This document shows, in pieces, positions 49,132 to 59,382 of a stretch of 64,000 bases of DNA. The position numbers were made by a program, and so were the translations under genes. A model generated the notes under the pieces. The model saw only the letters and a list, made by a program, of their open reading frames with translations. It did not search any database and was not told where the DNA came from. Numbering within the stretch: position 1 is the first letter of the stretch; the number at the start of each line of letters is the position of its first letter. Origin of the DNA: Hyphococcus sp. (GTDB lineage: Bacteria > Pseudomonadota > Alphaproteobacteria > Caulobacterales > Parvularculaceae). The DNA is taken from the NCBI GenBank assembly GCA_028284345.1, contig JANQRY010000007.1, positions 5,269 to 69,268 of the forward strand. Reading direction: 5' to 3'.

Positions 49132-49854
49132 ATGTTGTCGACCGCACGCGTTTCCATTCCCGTTCCGGTCGCTGCGCGGCTGCGAAGCAACGCGGCCTTC
49201 AACGATAATGTGAACGACTATGCGCGCGAAGACCTGATCGGTTTCCGGCGGCCCATTGCGGCGGCGTTTGCGTTGATTGCGCCCGTCGCGGTGGCGTTTG
49301 TCTATCAGGGCGCCGGCCTCGTGCCGGCGTTGCAGGTCGGGCTGGTCATTAGCCTGATTGTCGCCGTCGGCGTTTATCTTGTCGGCAAACAGGAATGGCC
49401 GAATATCGTCGCCGAATTTCAAAGCCACGCGACGGCGAAGAAAAAAGCCGTCGCTGATTTGAGATGCGGCTTCGGGGAGTCGTCCTTCCTCAGCAACGGC
49501 CGGGCGCCGCGATTTTTTGAACATGAGCATGGCGTGCTCGTTCTCGCCGACGCGGGCGATCTCAAAACCCTCTTTTTCGACGTCGGCAATGACGGCGAGG
49601 ATCCTCGCTGGGCGCTTTATGAGAATGGCGAAATGAACCGCCGGGTCTGGCGCTGGCTGCGCCTGCCGGTGTCGCGCGAGCTGGTGAAATTCTCCGCCGA
49701 AGGCTCGAAGCTCAATCAGCGGGGTCCCGCGCCGCGGATTGAGTCGATCGACGCATGGGAGGCGGTCAATCTGGCGCTTGGCGAGCCGCTCGACGGCGCC
49801 GTCATTCACCGCAACTTCGACGAATTGGTTGAAAGCGTTGAACGGCTTGTTTGA
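49132..49854 (+). CDS. Hypothetical membrane protein (2 N-terminal TM, soluble C-terminal domain)
   Basis: GGAGAG SD, two hydrophobic segments and genome-typical codon usage. Confidence 0.7.
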   Translation: MLSTARVSIPVPVAARLRSNAAFNDNVNDYAREDLIGFRRPIAAAFALIAPVAVAFVYQGAGLVPALQVGLVISLIVAVGVYLVGKQEWPNIVAEFQSHATAKKKAVADLRCGFGESSFLSNGRAPRFFEHEHGVLVLADAGDLKTLFFDVGNDGEDPRWALYENGEMNRRVWRWLRLPVSRELVKFSAEGSKLNQRGPAPRIESIDAWEAVNLALGEPLDGAVIHRNFDELVESVERLV

Positions 49855-49929
49855 TAAAAGATATTCCTGCAAAGGGCGGCGCGGCTGAAAGGCCCGCCGC
49901 CCCTTACATTCCGGGGCGCCCGCGGCTAT

Positions 49930-50934
49930 ATGGGCGCCATGGCGACCCTCATCGACATGGAAAACGCGTCGGCCCGACCAAAGCAATCGGAGAAGTCTGC
50001 GCAGCCGGAAAAGCCCAGGCATCCGGAGAAACAGGCGCGGCCTGACAGCGAGATCCTGCGCAAGCCGCCGTGGATCCGCGTTAAGGCGCCGTTGTCCAAG
50101 GGCTATCAGGAAACCCGCGCCATCGTGCGCGCGAAGAACCTGACGACGGTTTGCGAAGAAGCGGCCTGTCCCAATATCGGCGAGTGCTGGGAGCAGAAGC
50201 ACGCCACCATGATGATCATGGGCGACACCTGCACCCGGGCCTGCGCCTTCTGCAACGTGAAGACCGGACTGCCCGAGGCGCTCGATGCGGACGAGCCGCG
50301 CCATGTGGGCGAGGCGGTGGCGGAGATGGGGCTTTCCCATGTGGTCATTACGTCTGTCGACCGCGACGATCTTGCCGACGGCGGCGCGCAGCATTTCGCC
50401 GATGTCGTCGGCGCGATTCGCAAGGCGGCGCCGCAGACGACGATTGAAATTCTAACGCCTGACTTTCTTCGCAAGACGCAAGCGGCGGAAATCGTCATCG
50501 ATTCCAAACCCGACGTCTTCAACCACAATCTCGAAACCGTGCCGCGGCTCTATCTGTCGATCCGCCCGGGCGCGCGCTATTTCCATTCCCTGCGCCTCCT
50601 TGAACGGGTCAAGGAACGCGACCCGCAGATGTTCACGAAGTCCGGCATCATGGTCGGCCTCGGCGAAACCCGCGAGGAAGTGATGCAAGTGATGGACGAC
50701 ATGCGCGCGGCGCAGGTCGATTTCATCACCATCGGGCAATATCTGCAGCCGACGCGCAAACATGCGCCCATCGATCGTTTCGTGCATCCGGACGAATTCA
50801 AGGCCTATGAAACCATGGCGCGGGCCAAGGGGTTCCTCATGGTCTCGTCGTCGCCGCTGACCCGGTCATCCCATCACGCCGGCGAGGATTTCGCGCGGCT
50901 GAAAGCGGCGCGGGAGCGTTCGCAATCGCGCTAG
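49930..50934 (+). CDS. lipA: Lipoyl synthase
   Basis: [21 protein letters not shown] and RSSHHA. The start may be 49939. Confidence 0.98.
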   Translation: MGAMATLIDMENASARPKQSEKSAQPEKPRHPEKQARPDSEILRKPPWIRVKAPLSKGYQETRAIVRAKNLTTVCEEAACPNIGECWEQKHATMMIMGDTCTRACAFCNVKTGLPEALDADEPRHVGEAVAEMGLSHVVITSVDRDDLADGGAQHFADVVGAIRKAAPQTTIEILTPDFLRKTQAAEIVIDSKPDVFNHNLETVPRLYLSIRPGARYFHSLRLLERVKERDPQMFTKSGIMVGLGETREEVMQVMDDMRAAQVDFITIGQYLQPTRKHAPIDRFVHPDEFKAYETMARAKGFLMVSSSPLTRSSHHAGEDFARLKAARERSQSR

Positions 50935-50949
50935 AAGTTTAGGCTTTCA

Positions 50950-51489
50950 TTGGTTTACGAATTTTCCGGACCGTCGATTGAATCCGTCTTCGGCTTACTA
51001 GCGATTGCAATTCTTCTTATCGGTGTTGCGATTTGGTTTGTTCTCTCCATGCCATGGTTATCATATGGCAAGGTCGTATCGCTGCGGGATTTTGATAACG
51101 AACCCTCGAATAGATCCAATTCATTTGTCTTCGGTCTTTTGATTGGCGTGATCGGCATAAGCGTGGGAGCATTCGCAGTTTTCCGCGGCATCGCAATGAA
51201 TGAAAGTCCCGACGAGCGTTATATCGACAGCCTGCCTATTGCTCGCGGCGAAATATCGGGTATGCAACACGTCGTGATTCCTCGAAGCAGGTTTCGGGGA
51301 ACGAAATGGTGCATCGGAACGTTTGAAGTGGACGCCAAAACCTTCGATTTATCGCCGGGACTAAACACCACGACAATCTGCCGTTTCAGAAGCGCGCCGG
51401 TTGTTTTGCAGAACGGCGATTTCATTGAAATCGCGCATGATGGCGGGCGCATATACCGAATCACAAAGCGTCGACAGGTGGATTCATGA
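50950..51489 (+). CDS. Hypothetical two-TM membrane protein, reduced GC
   Basis: TTG start, two TMs, and a stop overlapping the next ATG (ATGA). About 45-55% GC in sampled lines. Confidence 0.6.
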   Translation: MVYEFSGPSIESVFGLLAIAILLIGVAIWFVLSMPWLSYGKVVSLRDFDNEPSNRSNSFVFGLLIGVIGISVGAFAVFRGIAMNESPDERYIDSLPIARGEISGMQHVVIPRSRFRGTKWCIGTFEVDAKTFDLSPGLNTTTICRFRSAPVVLQNGDFIEIAHDGGRIYRITKRRQVDS

Positions 51490-52166
51490 AGCTCTACGAT
51501 CTCGCCCTTGCCGATATCGACGTACGCCTCAGCCCCTGGTGCTGGCTGGTAAAATTCGCCCTGCTGCACAAGGGCGCCGCGTTCGAAACCGTGCCCGTGC
51601 GCTTTGCCGACAAGACACAGTACCCCGATCCCGAGCATGGTCGCGTGCCGGTCCTGATGACGGCGGAAGAAACCATCACCGACAGCGCGCGCATTGTTGC
51701 GTGGCTTGAAAAGAACGTCGCCGGCGAGCCCTTTACGACGACCGACGCCGAACGGGCGGCGTCCGATTTCTATCAGGCGTGGCTCGGCGCGCGCATCTAT
51801 CCGTTTCTGGGGCCGATGCTGTTTTTAAAAATCTGGGCGAACGTCCATGAGGACGACAAGGAGTATTTCCGAACAAGCCGGGAAGAACGGCTCGGAAAAA
51901 CCCTGGAAGAGGCCGCCGCAACGCCGGGGCTCGCCGACAATCTGGAAACATCGCTGCAGACGCTGGCCGCGCCGCTCGCCCGTCACAAGTTTCTCGGCGG
52001 CGAAAAGCCGAATCTCGCCGACTATCAGGTGATGAGCGCGTTCATGTGGCAGCGCGCGGTGACGGCAAAGCCTCTATACGAGGCGCCGCAGGCGGTCGAG
52101 GCGTGGAAGGAACGGATGCTCGATCTCTTTGACGGTTACGCCCGCAAGGCCAAGTCTGCTGAATGA
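51486..52166 (+). CDS. Glutathione S-transferase (LigE/beta-etherase-like N-terminus)
   Basis: SPWCWLVKFALLHKG, RVPVL, DSARI and FLGGEKPNLADY. Confidence 0.85.
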   Translation: MKLYDLALADIDVRLSPWCWLVKFALLHKGAAFETVPVRFADKTQYPDPEHGRVPVLMTAEETITDSARIVAWLEKNVAGEPFTTTDAERAASDFYQAWLGARIYPFLGPMLFLKIWANVHEDDKEYFRTSREERLGKTLEEAAATPGLADNLETSLQTLAAPLARHKFLGGEKPNLADYQVMSAFMWQRAVTAKPLYEAPQAVEAWKERMLDLFDGYARKAKSAE

Positions 52167-52642
52167 CGTCCCGGCGCACGACGACCGACGTCCCGTTCAC
52201 GGCGCAGCAGATGTTCGATCTTGTCGGCGATGTCGAAAGATATCCGGAATTCCTGCCATGGTGCGTCGCCCTGCGCGTTGTCGACCGCGACATCAGCGAC
52301 GGCGCTGGGACGCTGCGCGCCGACATGGTTGTCGCGTACAAAGTCCTCCGCGAAAAATTCCGCAGCAAAGTGACGCTCGACCCGGAAGCGCACTCGATTG
52401 ACGCTCATTATACGGAAGGGCCGTTTTCCGCTTTGCGCACCCGTTGGCGTTTCGCCGATTACGCCGAAGGGGGCTCGAACATCGATTTCTTTATCGAGTT
52501 CCGGTTCCGCAGCATGTTGCTGCATACGACTGCGACCATGGTTTTTGAAAAAGCGTTTGCGCGCATGACCGACGCTTTCGTCGCGCGGGCGTTTGAAATC
52601 TACGGCGACAACGGCTCAGACGGCGAGGCCGCTCAGCAATAG
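52163..52642 (+). CDS. ratA: RatA/Coq10-like START (SRPBCC) protein
   Basis: QMFDLVGDVERYPEFLPWC, GPF and WRF. Confidence 0.88.
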   Translation: MTSRRTTTDVPFTAQQMFDLVGDVERYPEFLPWCVALRVVDRDISDGAGTLRADMVVAYKVLREKFRSKVTLDPEAHSIDAHYTEGPFSALRTRWRFADYAEGGSNIDFFIEFRFRSMLLHTTATMVFEKAFARMTDAFVARAFEIYGDNGSDGEAAQQ

Positions 52643-53113
52643 CTGCAACCCCGTTTCCACCGCTTTGGTGCGAACGTAATCGCGCGATCCGATCGAAAAG
52701 ACGCGCCGCTCGACGCGTGCATATCCGTCCGCTTTCGCAAGTCCGAACCAGACAAGGCCGACCGGCTTTTCGGCCGTGCCGCCGTCCGGGCCGGCGATGC
52801 CGGTGACGGAGACGGCGACATCGGCGCGGGAGTTTAAGACCGCCCCTTGCGCCATGGCCCGCGCAACGTCGGCGCTGACGGCGCCGAACCAGGAGATCAG
52901 CGCCGGCGAAACCGCGAGCATTTCCGTTTTCGCTTCGTTTGAGTAGGTGACGAAGCCGCGATCGACGACGGCGGACGAGCCGGGAACATCGGTCAGCGCC
53001 GCCGTAATCATGCCGCCGGTGCAGGACTCTGCTGTCGCGACCATGGCGCCGTCGGCGCCGGCCTTATCGATGACGCGTTGCGCCAGCGACCATATGCGGT
53101 GGGTTTGGGTCAC
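52616..53113 (-). CDS. cinA: CinA C-terminal domain protein (NMN deamidase, PncC-like)
   Basis: ATAESCTGG, GFVTYSNEAK, SVTGIAGPDGG and KPVGLV. Confidence 0.92.
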   Translation of the reverse strand: MTQTHRIWSLAQRVIDKAGADGAMVATAESCTGGMITAALTDVPGSSAVVDRGFVTYSNEAKTEMLAVSPALISWFGAVSADVARAMAQGAVLNSRADVAVSVTGIAGPDGGTAEKPVGLVWFGLAKADGYARVERRVFSIGSRDYVRTKAVETGLQLLLSGLAV

Positions 53114-54297
53114 GCCCCGGCAGGCAGCGCTATCGTCGCCGTCGCCATGGCCGCGATGCCCTCCCGGCGGCCGGTAAAACCTAACTGTTCCGTCGTCGTC
53201 GCTTTGACGGATATGCGCGCCGCGTCAATCTTCAGGATTTCGGCGAGAGCGTTTCGCATCGCATTGCGGTGAGGCCCGATTTTCGGTGCCTCGCACATCA
53301 GCGTGACGTCGCAATGGGTGATTCTGCCGCCGCGATCGGCGACGCGGTCGCGCGCCTTTTCCAGAAAAACCCGCGACGGCGCGCCCTTCCACTGCGGGTC
53401 GGAGGGCGGAAAATGATCGCCGATATCGCCTTCGCCGATGGCGCCGAAGATGGCGTCGGTCAGCGCGTGCATGCCCACATCGGCGTCGGAATGGCCTTTC
53501 AGTTTTTTCTCATGGGGGATTTCAACGCCGCAGATGATGACGGCGTTCCCATCTTCAAAAGCGTGCACGTCGAAGCCGTGGCCGGCGCAGTATTCCATAG
53601 TTGCGTTCTTCCGTCCAAGGATCAGTTCGGCCATGCCGAAATCCTCGGCCTGGGTGATCTTCATATTGTCTGGCGAACCGGCGACAAGTTTTACTTGTAT
53701 GCCCGCCGCTTCCGCCACCGCGGCGTCGTCGGTGAGCACGTTGCCTTCGGCGGCGCGGTGGGCGGCGAGGATTTTATCAAAGCGAAACCCCTGCGGCGTT
53801 TGCGCCCGCCACAGGGCGTCGCGCGGCACCGTCGTTTCGACCGTGGCGCCGGCGGCTCGTTTGATCGTGTCGTGAACGGGTAGGGCGGCGATGGCGCCGT
53901 CGCTGTCGTCAAGGCTCTCGATGACGCGGACGATAGTCGCCGCATCGACGAACGGCCGCGCCGCGTCGTGAATGAGAACGCGCGCCGGCGCATCGTCGGT
54001 GATGCTTTCGAGGCCGAGGCGGACGGAGTCCTGCCGTTCCGCGCCGCCCGTCACCGGCGAGAGGAGCTTTTCATGAGCGAGAAGCGCGCCCATGGCTCGC
54101 TCATATTCATCATGGTCGTCGCGGTGGACGATGACCCGCGCCGCGTCGATTGCCGGATGGTCGAGAAACGCCTTTGCGGTCCAGGCGATGACCGCCTTGC
54201 CGGCGAGGTTGCGATATTGCTTCGGCCCGCCCGCGCCGGCGCGCGCGCCGCGCCCGGCGGCGACAATAATGGCGATGGTTTTTCTATTGCGGGCCAT
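53110..54297 (-). CDS. ispDF: Bifunctional IspD/IspF
   Basis: VAAGRGARAG, RQDSV, IHDAARP, AQTPQGF, TDDA, then GFDVHAF, GHSDADV and KATTTEQLGF. Start moved to 54297. Confidence 0.96.
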   Translation of the reverse strand: MARNRKTIAIIVAAGRGARAGAGGPKQYRNLAGKAVIAWTAKAFLDHPAIDAARVIVHRDDHDEYERAMGALLAHEKLLSPVTGGAERQDSVRLGLESITDDAPARVLIHDAARPFVDAATIVRVIESLDDSDGAIAALPVHDTIKRAAGATVETTVPRDALWRAQTPQGFRFDKILAAHRAAEGNVLTDDAAVAEAAGIQVKLVAGSPDNMKITQAEDFGMAELILGRKNATMEYCAGHGFDVHAFEDGNAVIICGVEIPHEKKLKGHSDADVGMHALTDAIFGAIGEGDIGDHFPPSDPQWKGAPSRVFLEKARDRVADRGGRITHCDVTLMCEAPKIGPHRNAMRNALAEILKIDAARISVKATTTEQLGFTGRREGIAAMATATIALPAGA

Positions 54298-54370
54298 GGA
54301 GACCGTGTTGCGTTTGTTTTCTTTACGTCTAGCGGGTAAAGGCGATGCGCGCCAAGTCAAGCAAGAGCCC

Positions 54371-55396
54371 ATGTTGAAAATCGCTGGCACAGAACTGGTT
54401 AACAACGTCATCGTTGCGCCCATGTCGGGCGTTTCCGACTTGCCGTTCCGGCGGGCGGCCGCCCGCTCGACATCGATAGGCGGCGGCGCGGGGCTCGTCG
54501 TTTCGGAAATGGTGGCGAGCGAGGAACTGGCGCGAGCGCGGCCTGACGTCGTACGCCGCGCCGCCGGCGATGGAGAGATCTTCCCCTTCGTTGTTCAGCT
54601 CGCCGGACGCGAAGCGCGCTGGATGGCCGAAGGAGCGCGTCTCGCCGAAGCCGCCGGCGCGGATATCATTGACATCAACATGGGCTGCCCGTCGCGGCAG
54701 GTGACGGGCCAGCTTTCCGGCTCCGCGCTGATGCGCAATATCGATCATGCGCTGGGCCTGATCGAAGCGACCGTTGCGGCGACGACGAAGCCTGTAACCT
54801 TGAAAATGCGCCTGGGCTGGGACTGGTCGAGCCTCAACGCGCCCGAGCTTGCGGCGCGGGCTGAGGCTGCGGGCGTTCAACTGATGACCGTCCACGGCCG
54901 TACACGGAGTGATTTCTTCGATGGGTGCGCCAACTGGGCGGCGGTGCGCGCGGTGAAGGACGTCGTATCCGTTCCCGTTATCGTCAATGGTGATATTGCC
55001 GATGCGGCGAGCGCCCGCGATGCGCTGACGCAATCGGGCACCGACGGCGTGATGATTGGGCGGGCCTCATTGGGGCGGCCCTGGCTCGCCGGCGCCGTCG
55101 CCAAGGCGCTGGAAGGGGGCGGCGATGAAATTCATCCGCCCGCAAACGAGCAACGCGATATGGCGCTGCGCCATTATCGCGAGACGATTGACCATTATGG
55201 TGCGCCGCTGGGCGTGCGTATGGCCCGGAAACACCTCGCGGCCTATATCGACCTCGCCCCTGTTGCTATGGCGGAGGCGGAGCGCCGGGCCTTTCGCGCC
55301 GCCATTTGCCGGCTGGCGTCGCCAGAGGCCGTGACGGACGCGCTCGCGGGCTTTTATGACGGCCGGGCGGAAACGGGGGTTCGCGACGCTGCGTGA
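54371..55396 (+). CDS. dusB: tRNA-dihydrouridine synthase B (NifR3)
   Basis: APMSGVSD, IDINMGCP, VHGRT, VNGDI and MIGR. Start moved to 54371. Confidence 0.95.
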   Translation: MLKIAGTELVNNVIVAPMSGVSDLPFRRAAARSTSIGGGAGLVVSEMVASEELARARPDVVRRAAGDGEIFPFVVQLAGREARWMAEGARLAEAAGADIIDINMGCPSRQVTGQLSGSALMRNIDHALGLIEATVAATTKPVTLKMRLGWDWSSLNAPELAARAEAAGVQLMTVHGRTRSDFFDGCANWAAVRAVKDVVSVPVIVNGDIADAASARDALTQSGTDGVMIGRASLGRPWLAGAVAKALEGGGDEIHPPANEQRDMALRHYRETIDHYGAPLGVRMARKHLAAYIDLAPVAMAEAERRAFRAAICRLASPEAVTDALAGFYDGRAETGVRDAA

Positions 55397-55611
55397 CAGA
55401 ATCACGCGCTGTTTCGAACTGTTTCATTTTGGCAACATAGTTGTTGATTTTCTGCAACAACCGTCCCATCGTGCAACCTCGCGCGACTGAAGCCCGCTTG
55501 GTTTGGCGATTGCAGACAAAACTGTTGCTCTTCGACCACGCCGGGGTTCGTTTCAGATTGGCGCAATTCGGGGGGTGGTGGTTGAGTTGAAATCCCGCTG
55601 GACGGCGTAAG

Positions 55612-57915
55612 TTGGGTCACAAACAGAGCGATATCGTAAATACGGTCGATCAAAGCGCGCGCCCGAAAGCGGCGCTGCGGTTCCTGCCGCAATGGGCGCT
55701 TTCCAACACGACCACCGCCGCGGCGCTGATTGGCGCCGCGGCGGTCGCGTTTTTCACGACCTGGTTTTTGATGACGCCGCTGGTCGAACGGGTCGACCGC
55801 ACGTTCCTCATGTCGATGATCGTCGGCAACATCGTCATCGCCGCCGGTTTCGCCGTGCTCGTCGGCGTGCGCCTCTGGCATGTGCTCGCCGAGCGCCGGC
55901 ATCAGCTCGCCGGCTCGCGCACCCATTTGCAGCTTGTCGGCCTTTTTTCCCTGCTAGCGGTCATTCCTGCGGTCATCGCCTTTCTCTTCGCGTTCACCAT
56001 CCTGCGCACAAGCCTCAACGACGTCTTCAGTGAACGGATCGATCAATATCAGGAAACGGCGCGGGCCTTAGCCAACGCCCTTTGGCAGAACGAAACGAAC
56101 GCCGCCGGCATCAATCTCAACCAGATGGAGCTGGACCTTGAGCGCGGCGCGGCTTTCGGCGTCACCGCGTCGACGCCGATCAGTTTCCGGCGAGCGTTAA
56201 TGGAACAGGCGCTCGTTCGCGATCTCGCCGCCATCATCGTTCTCGACGGCGAGCGAAACATTATCGCCCGCATCAAACTCTTCGATGCGGATTACGCGCT
56301 GCCGCCGAAGGAGGTTTTCGATGCGATTGATCTCGCCGCCGCCGAAGACCGCCCCCGGCAGGAATGGGGCAATTTCGACGCCAACAACGAGCAGATTTTC
56401 GATCTTTATCGCGGCATCCTGAAAATCAACGCCTATGACGGCGGCTATATCGTCACCTATAAGGTCATTCCGCCGGCGATTTCCGAACGCCTTCTTGCGG
56501 TGCGTAATGTGCGCGACGACTGGGCGGAAGCGACGGCGAGCCGAGCGCGGCTCGAGCGCGTGTTTTTCACCGGCTATATTGTGCTTGCCGTCATTATCCT
56601 CTTTGGCGCCATCTGGGCGGCGCTGTGGGCGGCGACCCGGCTCGTGCAGCCTATCGGGCGCCTCGTTAACATGGCCGAGCGCGTCTCCGGCGGCGAGTTG
56701 GGCGCGCGAACGGAAGTGCGCAAAGAGGACGGCGAGTTCGGCGTTCTCGCCCGGTCCATGAACCACATGACCGCGCAGTTGCAGACCCAGCGCGACGACC
56801 TGATCGACACCAACCGGCAATTCGACGAACGCCGGCGCTTTACGGAAGCGGTTCTGTCCGGCGTCTCCGCCGGCGTGATCGGCCTCGCCGCGAGCGGGCG
56901 CATCACGATCGCGAACAGATCCGCCGCGCTTCTTCTGGGCGAGGAAGCCGGCCAGCTCACCGGGCGACGGATACAGGACGTCATGCCGGAACTGACGGAC
57001 CTGTTGCAACGCGCCGCCGCGTCTACGGAAACGGAAACCGGCGACCAGATTGAACTGACCCGCGATGGCCTGGCGCAGACGTTAAATGTCCGTATCGTGA
57101 AAGACCGCTTTAACAGCGAAGACCGGTTCGTCGCGACGTTTGACGACATCACGCAACTGATCTCGGCGCAGCGGAACGCCGCCTGGGGCGATGTCGCCCG
57201 CCGCATCGCTCATGAAATCAAAAACCCGCTGACGCCGATCCAGCTTTCCGCCGAACGGTTGCGCAGAAAGTATCTGACCGAGGTCACGTCGACGCCTGAC
57301 GTGTTCGACAAGTGCACCGAGACCATCATTCGCCAGGTCAAGGATATCGGCCGCATGGTCGATGAATTCTCGTCCTTTGCGCGCATGCCGAAGCCGGTCG
57401 TCGGGCGCGAGGACTTGCGGGATCTGGCGCGCGCCGCGGTGTTTCCGCAGAAAGTGGCGTTCCCGGACGTCGACTTTGAAATTGAGATGTCGGACGAACC
57501 GAGCTTTGTCGACTGCGATGGCCGGCTGATTGTGCAGGCGTTGTCCAATCTTCTGAAAAACGCCGGCGAGTCGATTACGGCGCGGGCGGCCGAGCCCGGT
57601 CACGGGTATCCGGGGCGCATTCGCGTTGAAGTTGTCAACAGCGCGTGTTTTGCGGTGATCCATATTCTCGACAACGGCTTGGGCCTGCCGGCGAAAGAGC
57701 GCCATCGCCTGGCCGAGCCCTATATGACCACGCGCGCGAAAGGGACCGGCCTTGGTCTCGCCATCGTCAAAAAGGTGGCGGAGGAGCATGGCGGGTCGCT
57801 CGCCTTTGCCGACGACGGCAGCCTCGGCCCAAGCGGCGCGCGCATGACGCTGACATTGCCGCGTGTCGAGGCGGCGGAAATCGAGACGCCGAAAACAGCG
57901 GCGGCGGCGGAATAA
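55612..57915 (+). CDS. ntrY: Sensor histidine kinase NtrY
   Basis: Multiple N-terminal TMs, periplasmic region, HAMP, PAS, AWGDVARRIAHEIKNPLTPIQLSAE and DNGLG...GTGLGL. The TTG start is uncertain. Confidence 0.93.
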   Translation: MGHKQSDIVNTVDQSARPKAALRFLPQWALSNTTTAAALIGAAAVAFFTTWFLMTPLVERVDRTFLMSMIVGNIVIAAGFAVLVGVRLWHVLAERRHQLAGSRTHLQLVGLFSLLAVIPAVIAFLFAFTILRTSLNDVFSERIDQYQETARALANALWQNETNAAGINLNQMELDLERGAAFGVTASTPISFRRALMEQALVRDLAAIIVLDGERNIIARIKLFDADYALPPKEVFDAIDLAAAEDRPRQEWGNFDANNEQIFDLYRGILKINAYDGGYIVTYKVIPPAISERLLAVRNVRDDWAEATASRARLERVFFTGYIVLAVIILFGAIWAALWAATRLVQPIGRLVNMAERVSGGELGARTEVRKEDGEFGVLARSMNHMTAQLQTQRDDLIDTNRQFDERRRFTEAVLSGVSAGVIGLAASGRITIANRSAALLLGEEAGQLTGRRIQDVMPELTDLLQRAAASTETETGDQIELTRDGLAQTLNVRIVKDRFNSEDRFVATFDDITQLISAQRNAAWGDVARRIAHEIKNPLTPIQLSAERLRRKYLTEVTSTPDVFDKCTETIIRQVKDIGRMVDEFSSFARMPKPVVGREDLRDLARAAVFPQKVAFPDVDFEIEMSDEPSFVDCDGRLIVQALSNLLKNAGESITARAAEPGHGYPGRIRVEVVNSACFAVIHILDNGLGLPAKERHRLAEPYMTTRAKGTGLGLAIVKKVAEEHGGSLAFADDGSLGPSGARMTLTLPRVEAAEIETPKTAAAAE

Positions 57916-57944
57916 TTTCGGAGTATCGTAAGGGAGCCTGACGG

Positions 57945-59333
57945 ATGAGCATCGACATACTGGTGGTGGACGACGAGGAAGACATCCGGGAGCTGGTTTC
58001 CGGCATTCTCGAGGATGAAGGGTTCAGCCCGCGCAAGGCGCACGACGCCGGGTCTGCGCTGGCCGCCGTGCGCGAACGCGTGCCGGCCCTCGTTGTTCTT
58101 GATGTCTGGCTGCAAAACTCCGCCATGGACGGCATCGAAATTCTTACCGAACTGAAGAAGGTTCATCCCGAACTGCCTGTCGTCATTATTTCCGGACACG
58201 GCACGATTGAAACGGCGGTCGCGGCGATCAAGAAGGGCGCCTATGACTTCGTCGAAAAGCCTTTTAACGCCGACCGCCTGGTGCTGGTCGTCAATCGCGC
58301 GCTGGAGGCGACGCGCCTGCGGCGGGAAAATTCCGAATTGCGCCAGCGCGCGCCGGACTGGGGCCTGATCGGCTCGTCGGCGGCCGTTTCGTCCTTGCGC
58401 AGCGTCATCGAACGGGTCTCCGACGCGCGCTCGCGCGTGCTGATTTCGGGCCCGCCGGGATCCGGCAAGGAGGTCGTCGGGCGTCTGATTCATTCGACCT
58501 CCGTCCGCGCCGATCAGCCCTTTGTCGTTGTCAGCGCTGCGACGATTTCGCCCGAGAACATGGAAGAGGAACTCTTCGGCATTGAGGGCGACGACGGGGG
58601 GCCGCGCGCCGTCGGGTTGATGGAAAAAGCCCATGGCGGCACGCTGATGTTCGATGAGATCGGCGACATGCCGCTTGAGACACAGGGCAAGATATTGCGC
58701 GTTCTGATCGACCAGCGGTTCAAACGCGTCGGCGGCCAGCAGCCCGTATCCGTTGATGTCCGAATTATCTCCACCACGTCGCGCGATTTGCTGACTGCGG
58801 CGGAGGCCGGCGAGTTTCGCGAAGACCTCTATCACCGTCTCAATGTGGTTTCGATTACGGCGCCGGGACTGGAAGAGCGCCGCGAGGATATACCGGCGTT
58901 GTCGGCCTATTTCGTTGACCGCATTGCACGGGCGTCGGGTCTGCCGAAGCGCCCGTTCTCATCCGAAGCGATGGCCGCGCTGCAGACCTATCACTGGCCC
59001 GGCAATGTCCGTCAGCTTCGCAACATCATCGAGCGAACGCTGATCCTTATGCACCGCGACCCGGAGGTTGAGATCACCTGCGAAAAGCTGCCGTCGGAAA
59101 TTATGGACGCCGGCCTTTCGATTCCGGCGGGCGAGGGGCTCGAACTCGTGATCTCGCTGCCGTTGCGCGATGCGCGCGAGCGCTTCGAGAGGGAATATCT
59201 GATTGCGCAGATTAACCGTTTTGGCGGCAATATTTCACGCACGGCGGCGTTCATCGGCATGGAGCGCTCGGCGCTCCACCGCAAGCTGAAAGCCCTTGGC
59301 GTCAGCGGCCAGGCGCGCGCCGAAAGCGCTTGA
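57945..59333 (+). CDS. ntrX: Response regulator NtrX
   Basis: Receiver domain, AAA+ (GPPGSGKE) lacking GAFTGA, and C-terminal IGMERSALHRKLK HTH. Confidence 0.94.
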   Translation: MSIDILVVDDEEDIRELVSGILEDEGFSPRKAHDAGSALAAVRERVPALVVLDVWLQNSAMDGIEILTELKKVHPELPVVIISGHGTIETAVAAIKKGAYDFVEKPFNADRLVLVVNRALEATRLRRENSELRQRAPDWGLIGSSAAVSSLRSVIERVSDARSRVLISGPPGSGKEVVGRLIHSTSVRADQPFVVVSAATISPENMEEELFGIEGDDGGPRAVGLMEKAHGGTLMFDEIGDMPLETQGKILRVLIDQRFKRVGGQQPVSVDVRIISTTSRDLLTAAEAGEFREDLYHRLNVVSITAPGLEERREDIPALSAYFVDRIARASGLPKRPFSSEAMAALQTYHWPGNVRQLRNIIERTLILMHRDPEVEITCEKLPSEIMDAGLSIPAGEGLELVISLPLRDARERFEREYLIAQINRFGGNISRTAAFIGMERSALHRKLKALGVSGQARAESA

Positions 59334-59382
59334 TTGCACGCGGGATTCGTGAGATCGGGCGCGGCATGAAGGCGCGTTTCCC

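Noticed and set aside
52163-52642. RatA as the toxin of a toxin-antitoxin pair
   Set aside because: There is no RatB/RnfH partner next to it. In this context it is better explained as a Coq10-like lipid-binding START protein.
55428-55445. Sigma54 promoter upstream of ntrY (TTGGCAAC...TTGT)
   Set aside because: The -12 element is GT rather than the near-invariant GC.
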